A DNA stretch of 63,343 nt, counting the filler, from an uncultured bacterium (GTDB taxonomy: Bacteria > CAYJRR01), in NCBI GenBank assembly GCA_964372275.1. It is 3 parts of 3 records of this genome, joined end to end, with 100 filler letters (N's around TTAATTAATTAA, not from the genome) between each part and the next. Parts side by side here need not be neighbours in the genome. Positions count along the whole stretch, not along the records: positions 1 to 21,562 come from CAYJRR010000079.1; 2 more parts are not named here. One strand, given 5' to 3'. Below the pieces are notes generated by a model. That model was not told where the DNA came from. It did not search any database and saw only the letters and a program-made list of their open reading frames with translations. Made by a program: the position numbers and the translations under genes. Below, in pieces: positions 9,612-19,814 of the stretch. How positions within the stretch are numbered: position 1 is the first letter of the stretch; each line of letters opens with the position of its first letter.

Positions 9612-10778
9612 GTGCAGGCCCCGTCCGTCGCGAAAAGAGTGGAGATCCTCGGGCGGCGCGCGCTGCGCGCCGTGATTCGCGCCGTGCTCCCGCGGCCGCC
9701 CTCCGGCCTGCCGCCGGCGCCGGGCCTGCCGCCGGCGCCGCCCGGCCGGGTAACGAAGGTCCTGGTCGTCCGTCAGGACAGTCGCATCGGGAACCTGGTG
9801 ATGCTGACACCGATGCTCGACGACGCGCGCCGCGCCTGGCCTGGCGCGCGGATCGACGTCCTGACCTCCGACGCCTACCCGGTCGTCTTCGAGAACCATC
9901 CCTCGGTCGACCGCGTCCTCGCCGCCCCCAAGAAGGCGTTCTTGGCGAACCCCCTCCGCTTCGTCTCGTTCGTCCGCCGCCTCCGCGCCGAACGGTACGA
10001 CCTGGCGATCGACGCCAGTCACGTGCAGACCTTCTCCTTCTCCTCGGCGGCGGCCACCCGGATCTCCGGCGCGCGGGTGACGGTGGGCTATCGGCGCGGG
10101 GATGCCGAGCTCTACCTCACCGACCCGATCGAGCCACCGGCGCCGTCGACGCACGAGACGGCGGTCCACCGCCGCCTGGTATGGAGCGTCCGGCGCCTCG
10201 CCCACCCGCCGGCCGGCGCCGACGGCGCGGCGACGGGCGACGGACCCGACGACGGTCCGGCCCGCCCGACGTGGCACGTCCGCGCGGACGAGGCGGGCGC
10301 GGCGGCCGCGCGGTGGCGGGCGTGGGGGTTCGATCCCTCCGGGTCGGTCGGGATTTTCGTCGGCGCCCGCGGGGACAAGCGCTGGCCGATCGACCGGTTC
10401 GCGCGCGTGGCCGCGGCCCTCGCCGCCGGCGTCGGCGGACACGCATGGCGCGTCGTTTTCTTCGGTGGCCCGGCCGAGCGGGGGATGCTGGAGCGACTTA
10501 CGGCGATCCCCGGGACGAGGATCGCCGAGCCTCTTCCATTGCGGGACTTCGCGGCGACGGTACGGGGGACCGCCGCGATCGTCACCGCCGACTGTGGACC
10601 GATGCACGTGGCGGTGGCGGCGGGGGCCCGGACGGTGGCGATCTTCACCGCGTCGGAACCGGAGCGGTACGGCTACGCCCACCTGCCGGACCAGCGGGTC
10701 GTCGGCGGTCTCGGCCGGGAGGTGTCGCCGGAGGCGGTGATCGCCGCGCTCGACGATCTCCTCGGGGGGGCGCCGTGA
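9612..10778 (+). CDS. GT9 ADP-heptose:LPS heptosyltransferase
   Basis: KVLVVRQDSRIGNLVMLTP, RYDLAID, KRWPIDRF, TADCGPMHVAVAAGARTVAIF; start approximate. Confidence 0.85.
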   Translation: MQAPSVAKRVEILGRRALRAVIRAVLPRPPSGLPPAPGLPPAPPGRVTKVLVVRQDSRIGNLVMLTPMLDDARRAWPGARIDVLTSDAYPVVFENHPSVDRVLAAPKKAFLANPLRFVSFVRRLRAERYDLAIDASHVQTFSFSSAAATRISGARVTVGYRRGDAELYLTDPIEPPAPSTHETAVHRRLVWSVRRLAHPPAGADGAATGDGPDDGPARPTWHVRADEAGAAAARWRAWGFDPSGSVGIFVGARGDKRWPIDRFARVAAALAAGVGGHAWRVVFFGGPAERGMLERLTAIPGTRIAEPLPLRDFAATVRGTAAIVTADCGPMHVAVAAGARTVAIFTASEPERYGYAHLPDQRVVGGLGREVSPEAVIAALDDLLGGAP

Positions 10779-11944
10779 ACGGCGGCGGACCGGCGCTGCT
10801 GTCGATCGTCAAGATCTCGGACGCCTGGGACGACGCCGCCGAGGCCGACAACCTCTACCGGATGGCGCGGGAACTTCGCGCGCGCGGGCACGCCGTCGTC
10901 GTCGCCTGCACCGCGGGGACGCCGCTGGCGCGCCGCGCCGCCGGCGCCGGGATCGAGACGCGGACGCTGCCCGGCCTGCGGCCTCGAGGGAACCCGATCG
11001 CCTTCGCGCGCGGGCTCGCCGCGGCGCGCGCGCTCGTTCGCGCGCTCCGTCCGCAGGTCGTCCACGCCTATCGTTCGCCGCCGCACTGGCTCTCCGCGTT
11101 CGCCTGCGCGGGGCTCGACGGGACGCGCCTGGTGCGCACCCGCGGGACGATGGTCCCGCCGCGCCGCGGTCCGCTCAACCGCTGGCTTCTGGCCCGGACC
11201 GACCTGACGATCGTCACCGCCGAGGCGGTGCGGCGGCAGTACCTGGAGAAGGGGTTCGACGCCTCGCGGCTGGTGACCGTCTACGGCGCGCTGGAGCTCG
11301 ACCGGTTCGATCCGGCGGCGCACGACGGCCGCGCGGTCCGCGGACGGCTGGGGATCCCCCTCGACGCGCCGGTGGTCGGTCACCTGGCGCGGCTGGCGCC
11401 GGTGAAGGGACACCGGCACCTGCTCGACGCGATGCCGGGGCTCCTCCGGTGGAATCCGGAGACCCGCCTGGTGCTCGCCGGTCCGCCGCGCGGCGGGATG
11501 GAGGCGACGATCCGGGTCTGGGCGCGGGAGCTCGGAATCGCCGACCGCGTCCTGTTCCTCGGTGCGGTCGAGGACGTTCCGTCGACGCTGTCGGCGTTCG
11601 ACGTCGGAGTCGTGGCGAGCGTCGGATCGGAGGCGCTCTCGCGCGCGGCGATCGAATACCTGGCGATGGCGATCCCGGTCGTCGCCACCCGGGTCGGAAG
11701 CCTTCCCGAGCTCGTCGACGACGGACGCACCGGCCGCCTGGTGCCACCGGGAGATGCCGCCGCGTTGGAGGCGGCGCTGCGTTCGATCCTCCAGGAGGCC
11801 GGCCGCCGTCAAGCCTGGAGCGCGGCGGCCCGCGCCGACGCCGTGCGGCGTTTCGGGGCCGCCGCCCAGGCAGAGCGACTGGAATCTCTTTACAGGTCGC
11901 TCGTGTATGGTGCCTCGGTCGGAACCGACCGTTCGGCCGGGTAG
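10775..11944 (+). CDS. GT4 glycosyltransferase
   Basis: GTGA overlap; ARLAPVKGH, SEALSRAAIEYLAMAIPVVATRVGSLPELV. Confidence 0.9.
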   Translation: MNGGGPALLSIVKISDAWDDAAEADNLYRMARELRARGHAVVVACTAGTPLARRAAGAGIETRTLPGLRPRGNPIAFARGLAAARALVRALRPQVVHAYRSPPHWLSAFACAGLDGTRLVRTRGTMVPPRRGPLNRWLLARTDLTIVTAEAVRRQYLEKGFDASRLVTVYGALELDRFDPAAHDGRAVRGRLGIPLDAPVVGHLARLAPVKGHRHLLDAMPGLLRWNPETRLVLAGPPRGGMEATIRVWARELGIADRVLFLGAVEDVPSTLSAFDVGVVASVGSEALSRAAIEYLAMAIPVVATRVGSLPELVDDGRTGRLVPPGDAAALEAALRSILQEAGRRQAWSAAARADAVRRFGAAAQAERLESLYRSLVYGASVGTDRSAG

Positions 11945-12107
11945 GGGACGAAGCGCCGGCGCGCCCGCCGCCCCTGTAATGCGCTGCATCAAATCGTACA
12001 CCTCGGCTCGAAACGACACGATCGGCGCGCCGCGCCGGACGTGATCGGCGTCACATCGATCGCCGTTCTCGTCGTCTTTACGCCGCCATGACGCAGCGCG
12101 TCCGTCC

Positions 12108-12123
12108 TGGCATCGACGGTGCT
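12108..12123 (+). promoter_or_regulatory. Putative sigma54 -24/-12 promoter of the transglutaminase-like lipoprotein gene
   Basis: TGGCATCGACGGTGCT, GG-N10-GC spacing, 40 nt upstream of the ATG. Confidence 0.6.
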
Positions 12124-12162
12124 CTAGCGCGCCCCCCACCGGAACGTTTCAGGGAGGCCGAC

Positions 12163-14522
12163 ATGAACCCCGCAGCTCGTTTCGCAGCGATCCTTCTCCT
12201 CGGCGGCGCCGCCGCCGGGCTCACCGCCTGCCGCGAACCCGTTGCCGTCGAGCTCGGCGGCCTCGCCCGGCCGTCGTGGTCGGTCGGCGACTCCTGGACG
12301 ATCGCCTCCAAGACCCTTCGCCAGCAGCACGGCGATTCGGTCTCCGGCGACTGGAGCCACGAGCGCCTGTTCACCTTCATCGTCAACGCCGAAGGGACGA
12401 TCGACGGCGTGCCGGTCCACCGCGTCGTCGTCGGCGACGTCGAGGCAGGCGACAACTACCTCACCCTCTACTTCCGCCGGGACGACGGCGCGCTGGTCCG
12501 CGTCGAGGAGTCGGCGCGCAACCGCCGCGGCGGCGCGAAGACGATCGCCGCGAACCTTTTCGGTCACGACGCATTCCCCGTCGTCGGTGACGACCTGCTG
12601 ATCGGTCTCGGGTGGCCCGCCTTCCACGGCCGGAGCGGCTCGTTCGCCTACGACGGCGTGCTGGAAGGGATCGGCGGCTTCGGCGGCGAGGTGGAGCAGC
12701 AGGTGCGCGACCTCGGGGACGGAATCGAGGTGACGCTGCGCCGCGGCTCGACCGAGCTCACGCAGACCTGGTCCAACGGAGAGCCCTGGTTCTCCACGCA
12801 GGTCGTCTCGGGCCGCGCGGCGGCGCGGCTGGTCGAGGTCCGCCGCAAGTCGGCCGACAACGCGGCGACCTCCGTCGAGCCCGTCTTCGCGATCGATACC
12901 TCCGAGGAGGGGGCCGATCGCCCGCTGGGCTGGCCCACCTCCGGCGAGGCCCGCTTCGTGCCGTGGGCGAACCCGGGGATCCTCCCCAACGCGTCGGGCG
13001 AGGCGAGCGGCGTCTGGTCGGGTCACTGGTGGCCGATGCTGGAGAGCGCGTCGACGACGCTCTACGCCGACAACGGCCCGCTCTCGAAGTACGACGCCTA
13101 CGTCCAGGCGGCCGGCTCCTCCAATCCGGGCTCGGTGGCGTGGGAGAAGTCGAACCACAAGACGACCGACTCGAAGAACAGCTGGTGGGGGCACTGCAAC
13201 GGTCTCGCCGCGGCCTCGATCCTCGAGGACGAGCCGAAGGTTCAAGGCCTCGGGAACGGGATCACCTTCACCGTCGGCGACAAGAAGGGGCTCCTCACGG
13301 AGATGAACAACGGCGGAGGCCTCGACCTGTGGGTCGGCTCGCGGAACGACTCCGAGGACGACACCACCTCGGCGGCCTTCAAGGACGTCGTCCCCTACGA
13401 CTTCCACCGCACGCTGGTCGAATGGATCGGCGTCCGCCGCGAGCCGGTGGTGATGGACCTGAACGCCGGACCGCAGGTCTGGAACTACCCCGTCTACCGC
13501 TACGAGATGACGAGCGCCCCGGTCGAGGGGGTGGCCCGCAAGATCAAGGTCACCACCAAGATCTGGAAGGTGAACTTCGCCTCCGCGAACTACGTCGGCG
13601 TGAACAGTGCGCAGACGACCTACACCTATACGCTCACCGTCGACGCGTCCGGGAACCCGGTGCAGGGTCCGTCGGAATGGACCGGCGGCAGCGTCTCCGA
13701 CCATCCCGACTTCATCTGGCATCCGAACGGCCGCGGCACGGGCAGTCCGATCCAGTGGTCGCGGGTCCAGGAGATCGTCCAGCTGGGCCTGGCCTCCTCC
13801 GACGACCATCCGAACTCGGCCTCGGGCGTCGGCGCGAACGACACGCTCGNNNNNNNNNNACCCCGATCAACGGCGTCTTCGAGACGGCGGGTGACGTCGA
13901 CTACTTCCGCTTCACGGCGGAACTGTCGGCCGAATACACGATCCTCACCTCGGGACTGTCCGGTGGCGCCGACACCTTCGTCCATCTCCTCGGGACGAAC
14001 GGCACCACCGAGCTCAAGTCGGACGACGACGGCGGAGTCGAGCAGTACGCGTCCAAGGTCGTCTTCCGCCCGACGGCCGCGGGGACCTACTTCGTCAAGG
14101 TCCGCCACTATTCGGCGAGCGGCACCGGCAGCTACAAGATCGCGGTGACCAAGCAGGCGCTGTCCGCGGGCGACGACCATCCGAACACCGCGGCCGCGAC
14201 CCGTCCGGAGGACACTCTCACGGCGGCCGGCGTGGCGGGCTCGATCGAGCAGGCGGGGGACGTCGACTACTTCCGATTCGATGCCGTGGCGGGGAAGACC
14301 TACACCGTCGAGACCTCCAATCTCGCCGGCGGAATGGACACCTACACCTACCTCTACGATGCCGCCGGCGCGGAGAAGAAGAAGGACGACGACTCCGGAG
14401 CCGAGCGGTGGTCCTCGAAGATGGTCTGGACCGCCCCCTCGGCCGGCACCTTCTACGTGAAGGTGAAGCACTACGACGCGGCCAAGACCGGCACCTACCG
14501 CATCAAGGTGACGTCGAACTGA
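12163..14522 (+). CDS. Lipoprotein with transglutaminase-elicitor-like catalytic domain and two PPC-like C-terminal domains (frame broken by the N gap at 13850-13859)
   Basis: GGGAGG RBS; lipobox LTAC; WSGHWWP, WWGHCNGLAAAS, QVWNYPVY, HPDFIWHP; two 'DDHPN..GDVDYFRF..DDD.G..YFVKV.HY' repeats continue in another frame after the gap. Confidence 0.7.
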
Positions 14523-14537
14523 GGTATCGTCCCTCCG

Positions 14538-15584
14538 ATGCAGGAAGGACAGCGAAGCATCGCCGGTCTACGTCGCCACGTGGACCGGTTCGCCTCGTGC
14601 GGGGTGCTGGTCGTCGGCGACGTGATGCTCGACGAGTACATCAGCGGTCCCGTCGACCGCATCTCGCCCGAGGCGCCGGTGGCGGTCATCCACGTCCGGG
14701 AGACCGACCACCGGCTGGGCGGCGCGGCGAACGTCACCCACAACGTGCGGACGCTGGGGGCGAAGGCCCGCCTCGCCGGGGTGGTCGGGGACGACGGCTA
14801 CGGGCGGCTGCTGCGGGATCGGATCCGCGCCCAGGGCGTCGACGGCGGCGCGGTGGTGGTCGACCCCGGCCGACCGACGTCGGTGAAGACGCGGGTGATC
14901 GCGCAGAAGCAGCAGATCGTCCGCTACGACCGCGAGTCACGCGCCCCGCTGTCCGACGAGGCGCGCGCGGCGCTGCTCCAGAACGTCCGCACCGTGCTGC
15001 CGCGTGCCCAGGCGCTGGTCCTCTCCGACTACGCCAAGGGGTGCCTTTCGCCGGAGCTGATCGGCGAGCTGATCGCGATGGGTCGCGCGGCGAAGCGGCC
15101 GGTGCTGGTCGATCCCAAGATCAAGAACTTCGCCGCCTACCGCGGCGCGACGCTGATCACGCCCAACTACAAGGAGGCGTGCGAGGCGGCGTCGCTGGTC
15201 GCCGGGATCCACGTCGAGGCGGCCAAGGACCTCGAGCGCGCGGCCGAGCGCCTGCTCGCCACGCTGGAGATCGAATCGCTGGTCGTGACCAAGGGGGAGG
15301 AGGGGATGTTCGTATTCGTCCCCGGAAAGGCCCCGTTGCACATCCCCACCGCCGCGCGCGAGGTGTTCGACGTCTCCGGCGCCGGCGATACGGTGGTCGC
15401 GACGCTGGCGGTCGCCCTCGCCGTCGGCGCGCCGCTGCCGGAAGCGGCGATGCTCGCCAACCACGCGGCGGGGATCGTGGTGGGGAAGTTCGGGACGGCG
15501 GCGGTGACGGCGGAGGAGCTGAAGGCGGCCCTCCCGGCCGACGAAGTGACGGAGACGAGGTCGAGTCGTCGCCGCGCCCGCTGA
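14538..15584 (+). CDS. rfaE1: D-glycero-beta-D-manno-heptose-7-phosphate kinase (HldE kinase domain only)
   Basis: GDVMLDEY..DRISPEAPV, GGAANV, LSDYAKG, VDPK, ITPNYKE, DVSGAGDTV. Confidence 0.93.
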   Translation: MQEGQRSIAGLRRHVDRFASCGVLVVGDVMLDEYISGPVDRISPEAPVAVIHVRETDHRLGGAANVTHNVRTLGAKARLAGVVGDDGYGRLLRDRIRAQGVDGGAVVVDPGRPTSVKTRVIAQKQQIVRYDRESRAPLSDEARAALLQNVRTVLPRAQALVLSDYAKGCLSPELIGELIAMGRAAKRPVLVDPKIKNFAAYRGATLITPNYKEACEAASLVAGIHVEAAKDLERAAERLLATLEIESLVVTKGEEGMFVFVPGKAPLHIPTAAREVFDVSGAGDTVVATLAVALAVGAPLPEAAMLANHAAGIVVGKFGTAAVTAEELKAALPADEVTETRSSRRRAR

Positions 15585-15615
15585 GCGGGAGAGGAGGACC
15601 CGGGTCGGGCGTGCG

Positions 15616-17226
15616 TCAGCGTCTCGGGAGACGACTCCGGATCGCCGACGCGATCGCGGCGACCTCGGGGACTCCGAGCCCCTTCGCCGACGCGAGGTAG
15701 GCGATGCCGAACGCGATCAGAACCGGCGGCGCGCCGGCGATCGGTGTCAATCCGGCGGTGAGGTGTTTCACCGCCATTCCCGCCGCCGATCCGGCCAGCG
15801 CCGCGGTGACCAGCCTCGCCGCCAGGCCGGCCGGCAACCCCGCCCCTCCGATCCGGGCGACCACCGCGCGGCGCAACAGCCCCCATTCGAGCCACGCGGC
15901 GGCGCTCCCCGCCAGCGCCAGCCCCGCCGCGCCGTGGCGCGGGTCGACCCCGAGCCACGACGGCCCGTGGAAGGCGAAGAGCCATCCGAGCGCGCCCGCC
16001 ACGGCGACCCGCGTGAGCGCAATGCGGAACGGCGTGCGCGTGTCGCGCAGGGCGTAGAAGGTGGAGGCGTAGAGGCGCCCGGAGGTCGCCGCCAGGAGTC
16101 CGACCGACGAAGCCCCGACGATCGCCCACACGCGCCGCACGTCGTCGGGACCGAAGCGCCCGGTTTGGAACAGCAGCGCGGTGATCGAGTCGCCGAGCAG
16201 GAGGAAGGCGGCGACCGACGGCACGATCAGGAAGGCCACGCGGCGGAGCGACGAGTCGAGGCGCGCGCGCAGGAGGGCCGGCGCCCCCTCGGCATCGCCG
16301 GCGTCGCGGGCCATCTCCGGCAGCTCGGAGGCGGCGATCGACATCCCGAACAGCGAGACCGGAAGGGTGTGGAGCGTCTGGGCGTAGCCCAGGGCGGAGA
16401 TGGCATTGCCGGGAAGGAAGCTGGCGAGGAACTGATCGACGTAACCGGACACCTGGAGCGCGCCACGGCCGAAGACGACGGGAAGGAAGGTGCGGCGGAT
16501 CTCCGCGACGTGCGGGGATCCCGTCCCGAGCGACGGACGGAAGCTCCGCAACCGCGCGAAGACCGCCGGCAGTTGAACGGCGAACTGGAGGAGGCTTCCG
16601 GCGAGCGCCCCCCAGGCCACGACCGCCGCGAGACGATAGCCGCCCGCGCGCGATCCGAAGACGACGAGCACCGCGATGATCGCCAGGTTCCAGACGACCG
16701 GCGCGGCGTAGGAGAGGAAGAAGCGGCGATGGCTGTTGAGGATGCCGAGACACCAGGCCGACAGCACCAGCAGGCCGGTCGCGGGGTAGAAGATCCGGAC
16801 CAGCGCGACCGTCTCCGCCTGCTTTACCGCCGGGAAGCCGGCCTGGAAGATCGCGACCAGCCACGGCGCCGCCGCCATCCCGACGATCACCACGATCGAC
16901 AGGACGAGCGCCAGCAGTCCGAAGACCGCCCCCGCCACGCGGTCGGCCTCCTCGTCCTCCTTGCGCGAGAGGAGCTGGGCGTAGACGGGGATGAACGAGG
17001 CGGAGAGGACCCCTTCGCCGAGGAGGTTCTGGACCAGGTTGGGGACCTTCTGCGCCGCGCGCCAGACGTCGAGCGCGTCGGAGTTTCCAAAATAATGGGC
17101 GAAGACGCGCTCGCGCACGAAGCCGGCGACGCGGCTGGCGAGGATCCCGGTCCCGGCGAGGAGCGCCCCCCATCGGGGGGCGATGCGCGGCGTGGCCGGC
17201 GTGGTGAGGTCGACGGGGGCCGTCAC
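15616..17226 (-). CDS. murJ: Lipid II flippase MurJ (MviN)
   Basis: SRVAGFVRE..AHYFG, PNLVQNLLGEGVLSASFIPVY, many TM segments, FYALRDTRTP. Confidence 0.93.
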   Translation of the reverse strand: MTAPVDLTTPATPRIAPRWGALLAGTGILASRVAGFVRERVFAHYFGNSDALDVWRAAQKVPNLVQNLLGEGVLSASFIPVYAQLLSRKEDEEADRVAGAVFGLLALVLSIVVIVGMAAAPWLVAIFQAGFPAVKQAETVALVRIFYPATGLLVLSAWCLGILNSHRRFFLSYAAPVVWNLAIIAVLVVFGSRAGGYRLAAVVAWGALAGSLLQFAVQLPAVFARLRSFRPSLGTGSPHVAEIRRTFLPVVFGRGALQVSGYVDQFLASFLPGNAISALGYAQTLHTLPVSLFGMSIAASELPEMARDAGDAEGAPALLRARLDSSLRRVAFLIVPSVAAFLLLGDSITALLFQTGRFGPDDVRRVWAIVGASSVGLLAATSGRLYASTFYALRDTRTPFRIALTRVAVAGALGWLFAFHGPSWLGVDPRHGAAGLALAGSAAAWLEWGLLRRAVVARIGGAGLPAGLAARLVTAALAGSAAGMAVKHLTAGLTPIAGAPPVLIAFGIAYLASAKGLGVPEVAAIASAIRSRLPRR

Positions 17227-17274
17227 GTTTGGACGCTAACGAATGCGGCTTGACAGAACAAGGGCGTACCCGAT

Positions 17275-17292
17275 TGATTGACCGGTCGATCA
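17275..17292. promoter_or_regulatory. Putative TetR operator overlapping the TetR start codon
   Basis: Near-perfect palindrome TGATTGACCGGTCGATCA (16/18 symmetric); TTGACA at 17250-17255. Confidence 0.6.
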
Positions 17293-17909
17293 TGCGCGCA
17301 CGTGGAAACAAACTGGAGGACCGGCGACGTCAACTTCGCGAGGCTGCGACACGGGTCTTCGCCCGGAAAGGATTCCACGAGTCGCGCATCGCCGACATCG
17401 CCACCGAAGCGGGCGTGGCCTACGGCCTCGTCTACCACTACTTCAAGAACAAGGAAGAGATCCTCAACGCCATCTTCGAGGAGAACTGGTCGTTCTTCGT
17501 GCGCGCCATCGAAGGGCTCCGCGCCGGAGAGGGAACCTTCGCCCAGCGTCTGGACGCCTGCGTCGCGCTGATGCTCGAGTCGTATCGCGTCGCGCCCGAC
17601 GTGGTGAGCGTGATGGTGGTCGAAGTGGTGCGGAGTCCGAAGGCGCTCGACGAGCACCGGCTCGCGGGATTCCGCCGCAGCTTCACCGCGCTCGCCGAGC
17701 TGATCGCGGAGGGGAAGAAGTCGGGGGACGTGCGCAAGGACGTCGACCCGATCCTCGCCTCCATCTGCCTGATCGGGTCGCTGGAGACGATCCTGACCGG
17801 CGTGGTGCTGAAGCTCGTCCCGGCCACCCACGACAACATCGAGCGGGTCCGGCGCCAGGTGGTCGAGCTGTTCATGATCGGCCTGTCCCCGAAGGCGCAC
17901 GCCGCCTGA
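17292..17909 (+). CDS. TetR/AcrR family regulator
   Basis: AATRVFARKGFHESRIADIATEAGVAYGLVYHYFKNKEEIL HTH. Confidence 0.93.
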   Translation: MRARGNKLEDRRRQLREAATRVFARKGFHESRIADIATEAGVAYGLVYHYFKNKEEILNAIFEENWSFFVRAIEGLRAGEGTFAQRLDACVALMLESYRVAPDVVSVMVVEVVRSPKALDEHRLAGFRRSFTALAELIAEGKKSGDVRKDVDPILASICLIGSLETILTGVVLKLVPATHDNIERVRRQVVELFMIGLSPKAHAA

Positions 17910-17937
17910 CGGTCGTACGGCCACGAAAGGAGACCCC

Positions 17938-18657
17938 ATGAATCTCGTCCCGTCGCCCGAACAGCAGGCGCTCGCCGAGGCAGGCCTCCGGCTCGGACGC
18001 GAGTGCCGCTCGTTGAGCCCCGCGAACGCCGCCGAGTACTGGCGACGCGCCGGCGTGCCGGAGATCCTCCGTCGATCGAACCGGGTGGGTGCGGCGCTCT
18101 TCCTCGACGCCTATGCGCGCGAGCGGGGAAGCCTGCGCGCGGTGCGCCAGCACGCCGAGGCGGCGATCGCCACGGCGCCGGCGGCGCTGGAAGGGGCGCT
18201 TCTGGCGGGCGGACTCGTCGGTCTGACGCGCGAGGTGATCGAGAACGTGCGGTTGCCGGAGGGGAAGCGCCCGGCCGGTTTCCCGACCGAGAAGGATCCG
18301 CACGTCCGGCGCGCGCTGGCCGATGCCTCGGCCTGGGCGACGATCGCACAGACGCTGGCGCTCCGCGCCGCGTGGGCCGCCGACCGTTTCGACGGCGGCC
18401 TCGCCGGATCGGGCGCGCCGGACGACGCGGGGGCGAGTGATGCGCCGGCGTCCCGGGAGGAGGTCGCGCAGGCGGCGGCGATGGCGCTGTCGGCGGCGTG
18501 CGACGCGGTCCTTTCGTCGTGGGCGGCGCTGTCACGCCTGCTGATCGGCGAGGAGATCTACGCCGCGTTCGAAACCGACCTGTTCCGCGCGGCGACGAAA
18601 GCCAAGCCCGGCGCGCAGGACGCGATCGCCGAGTCGGTCATCGGAGGGATCTCGTGA
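17938..18657 (+). CDS. Short, divergent acyl-CoA dehydrogenase-like protein
   Basis: GGAG RBS; MNLVPSPEQQAL resembles an ACAD N-terminus; C-terminal helical part (HVRRALAD..LALRAAWAAD); coupled to the next ACAD. Confidence 0.55.
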   Translation: MNLVPSPEQQALAEAGLRLGRECRSLSPANAAEYWRRAGVPEILRRSNRVGAALFLDAYARERGSLRAVRQHAEAAIATAPAALEGALLAGGLVGLTREVIENVRLPEGKRPAGFPTEKDPHVRRALADASAWATIAQTLALRAAWAADRFDGGLAGSGAPDDAGASDAPASREEVAQAAAMALSAACDAVLSSWAALSRLLIGEEIYAAFETDLFRAATKAKPGAQDAIAESVIGGIS

Positions 18658-19808
18658 TCGACTTCGGCTACACCAAGGAACAACGCGCATTCGCCGACTC
18701 GTTCCGCGCCTTCTGCGATCGGGAAGTGGCGCCGCATGCCGACGAGGCCGACAAGAAGGCGGCTTGGCCGGAGAAGAGCGTGCGCGCCCTGGCGCGCTTC
18801 GGATACCTCGGACTCCCGATCCCCGGCGCCTACGGCGGGCAGTCGGAGGAGGCCGATCCGGTGGTGCGTTGCCTGGCGCAGGAGATCGTCGCCCGCGCCT
18901 GCCCGGCGAGCTTCTTCGTCACCGGCGCGTCGAACGGACTGTTCGCATCGCCGGTGGTCCGCTTCGGGAGCGAGGCGCAGAAGCGGCGCTGGCTTCCCGG
19001 CATCGCCTCGGGGGAGATCCTGGGGGCGATGGCCTTGACCGAGCCCCACGCGGGCAGCGACGCCGCGGCGATTCGAACCCGTGCCGAACGGAGAGGCGAC
19101 CGTTTCGTGATCACCGGGCAGAAGACGTTCATCACCAGCGCGCCGATCGCCGACGTCTTCCTGGTGCACGCGGTGACCGATCCGTCGGCCGGGCCGCTCG
19201 GCGTGAGCTCCTTCCTGGTCGAACGGTCGGCCAAGGGGATGACCGTCGGGAAACCGATGGTGAAGATGGGGCTCCGCGGCTCGCCGACCTCCGAGCTGTT
19301 CTTCGACGGCTGCGAAGTGCCCGAGGAGAACCTGCTCGGCGGTCTGGGGCAGGGGTTCCTGCTGGCGATGGAGACCCTGGAATGGGGGCGGGTCGGGATC
19401 TCCAACTTCTGCATCGGGATCGCCCAGGCCTGCTTCGAGGACTCGCTGGCCTACGCCAAGGAGCGGACCTCGTTCGGCCGACCGCTGGCGAGGTTCGGCG
19501 ACATCCGCGCGATGCTGGCGACGATGGCGACGTCGATCGAGGCGGCGCGGCGCATGGCGACCCGCGTCGCGTGGACCAAGGAGAAGGTCGGTTCGTGCCC
19601 GGCCTGGGCCGCGGCATCCAAGCTCTACGCCAGCGAGATGGCGATGCGAACCGCCCACGACGCGGTGCAGATCCACGGCGGGATGGGGTTCATCGCCGAG
19701 ACCCGCGTGGAGCGCCTGTTCCGCGACATCCGCATCGCCGAGATCGGCGAGGGGACGAGCGAGATCCAGCGGCACATCCTGGCCAAGGACGCGCTGGAGA
19801 GGCGATAG
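18654..19808 (+). CDS. Acyl-CoA dehydrogenase
   Basis: GTGA overlap; ALTEPHAGSD, GQKTFIT, KMGLRGSPTSEL, QIHGGMGF, IGEGTSEIQR. Confidence 0.95.
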   Translation: MIDFGYTKEQRAFADSFRAFCDREVAPHADEADKKAAWPEKSVRALARFGYLGLPIPGAYGGQSEEADPVVRCLAQEIVARACPASFFVTGASNGLFASPVVRFGSEAQKRRWLPGIASGEILGAMALTEPHAGSDAAAIRTRAERRGDRFVITGQKTFITSAPIADVFLVHAVTDPSAGPLGVSSFLVERSAKGMTVGKPMVKMGLRGSPTSELFFDGCEVPEENLLGGLGQGFLLAMETLEWGRVGISNFCIGIAQACFEDSLAYAKERTSFGRPLARFGDIRAMLATMATSIEAARRMATRVAWTKEKVGSCPAWAAASKLYASEMAMRTAHDAVQIHGGMGFIAETRVERLFRDIRIAEIGEGTSEIQRHILAKDALERR

Positions 19809-19814
19809 CCGCGG

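Noticed and set aside
13850-13859. Apparent frameshifts in the transglutaminase-like gene and the AidB-like gene (40015-40024)
   Set aside because: Both coincide with 10-N scaffold gaps of arbitrary length, so they are not evidence of pseudogenes or programmed frameshifting
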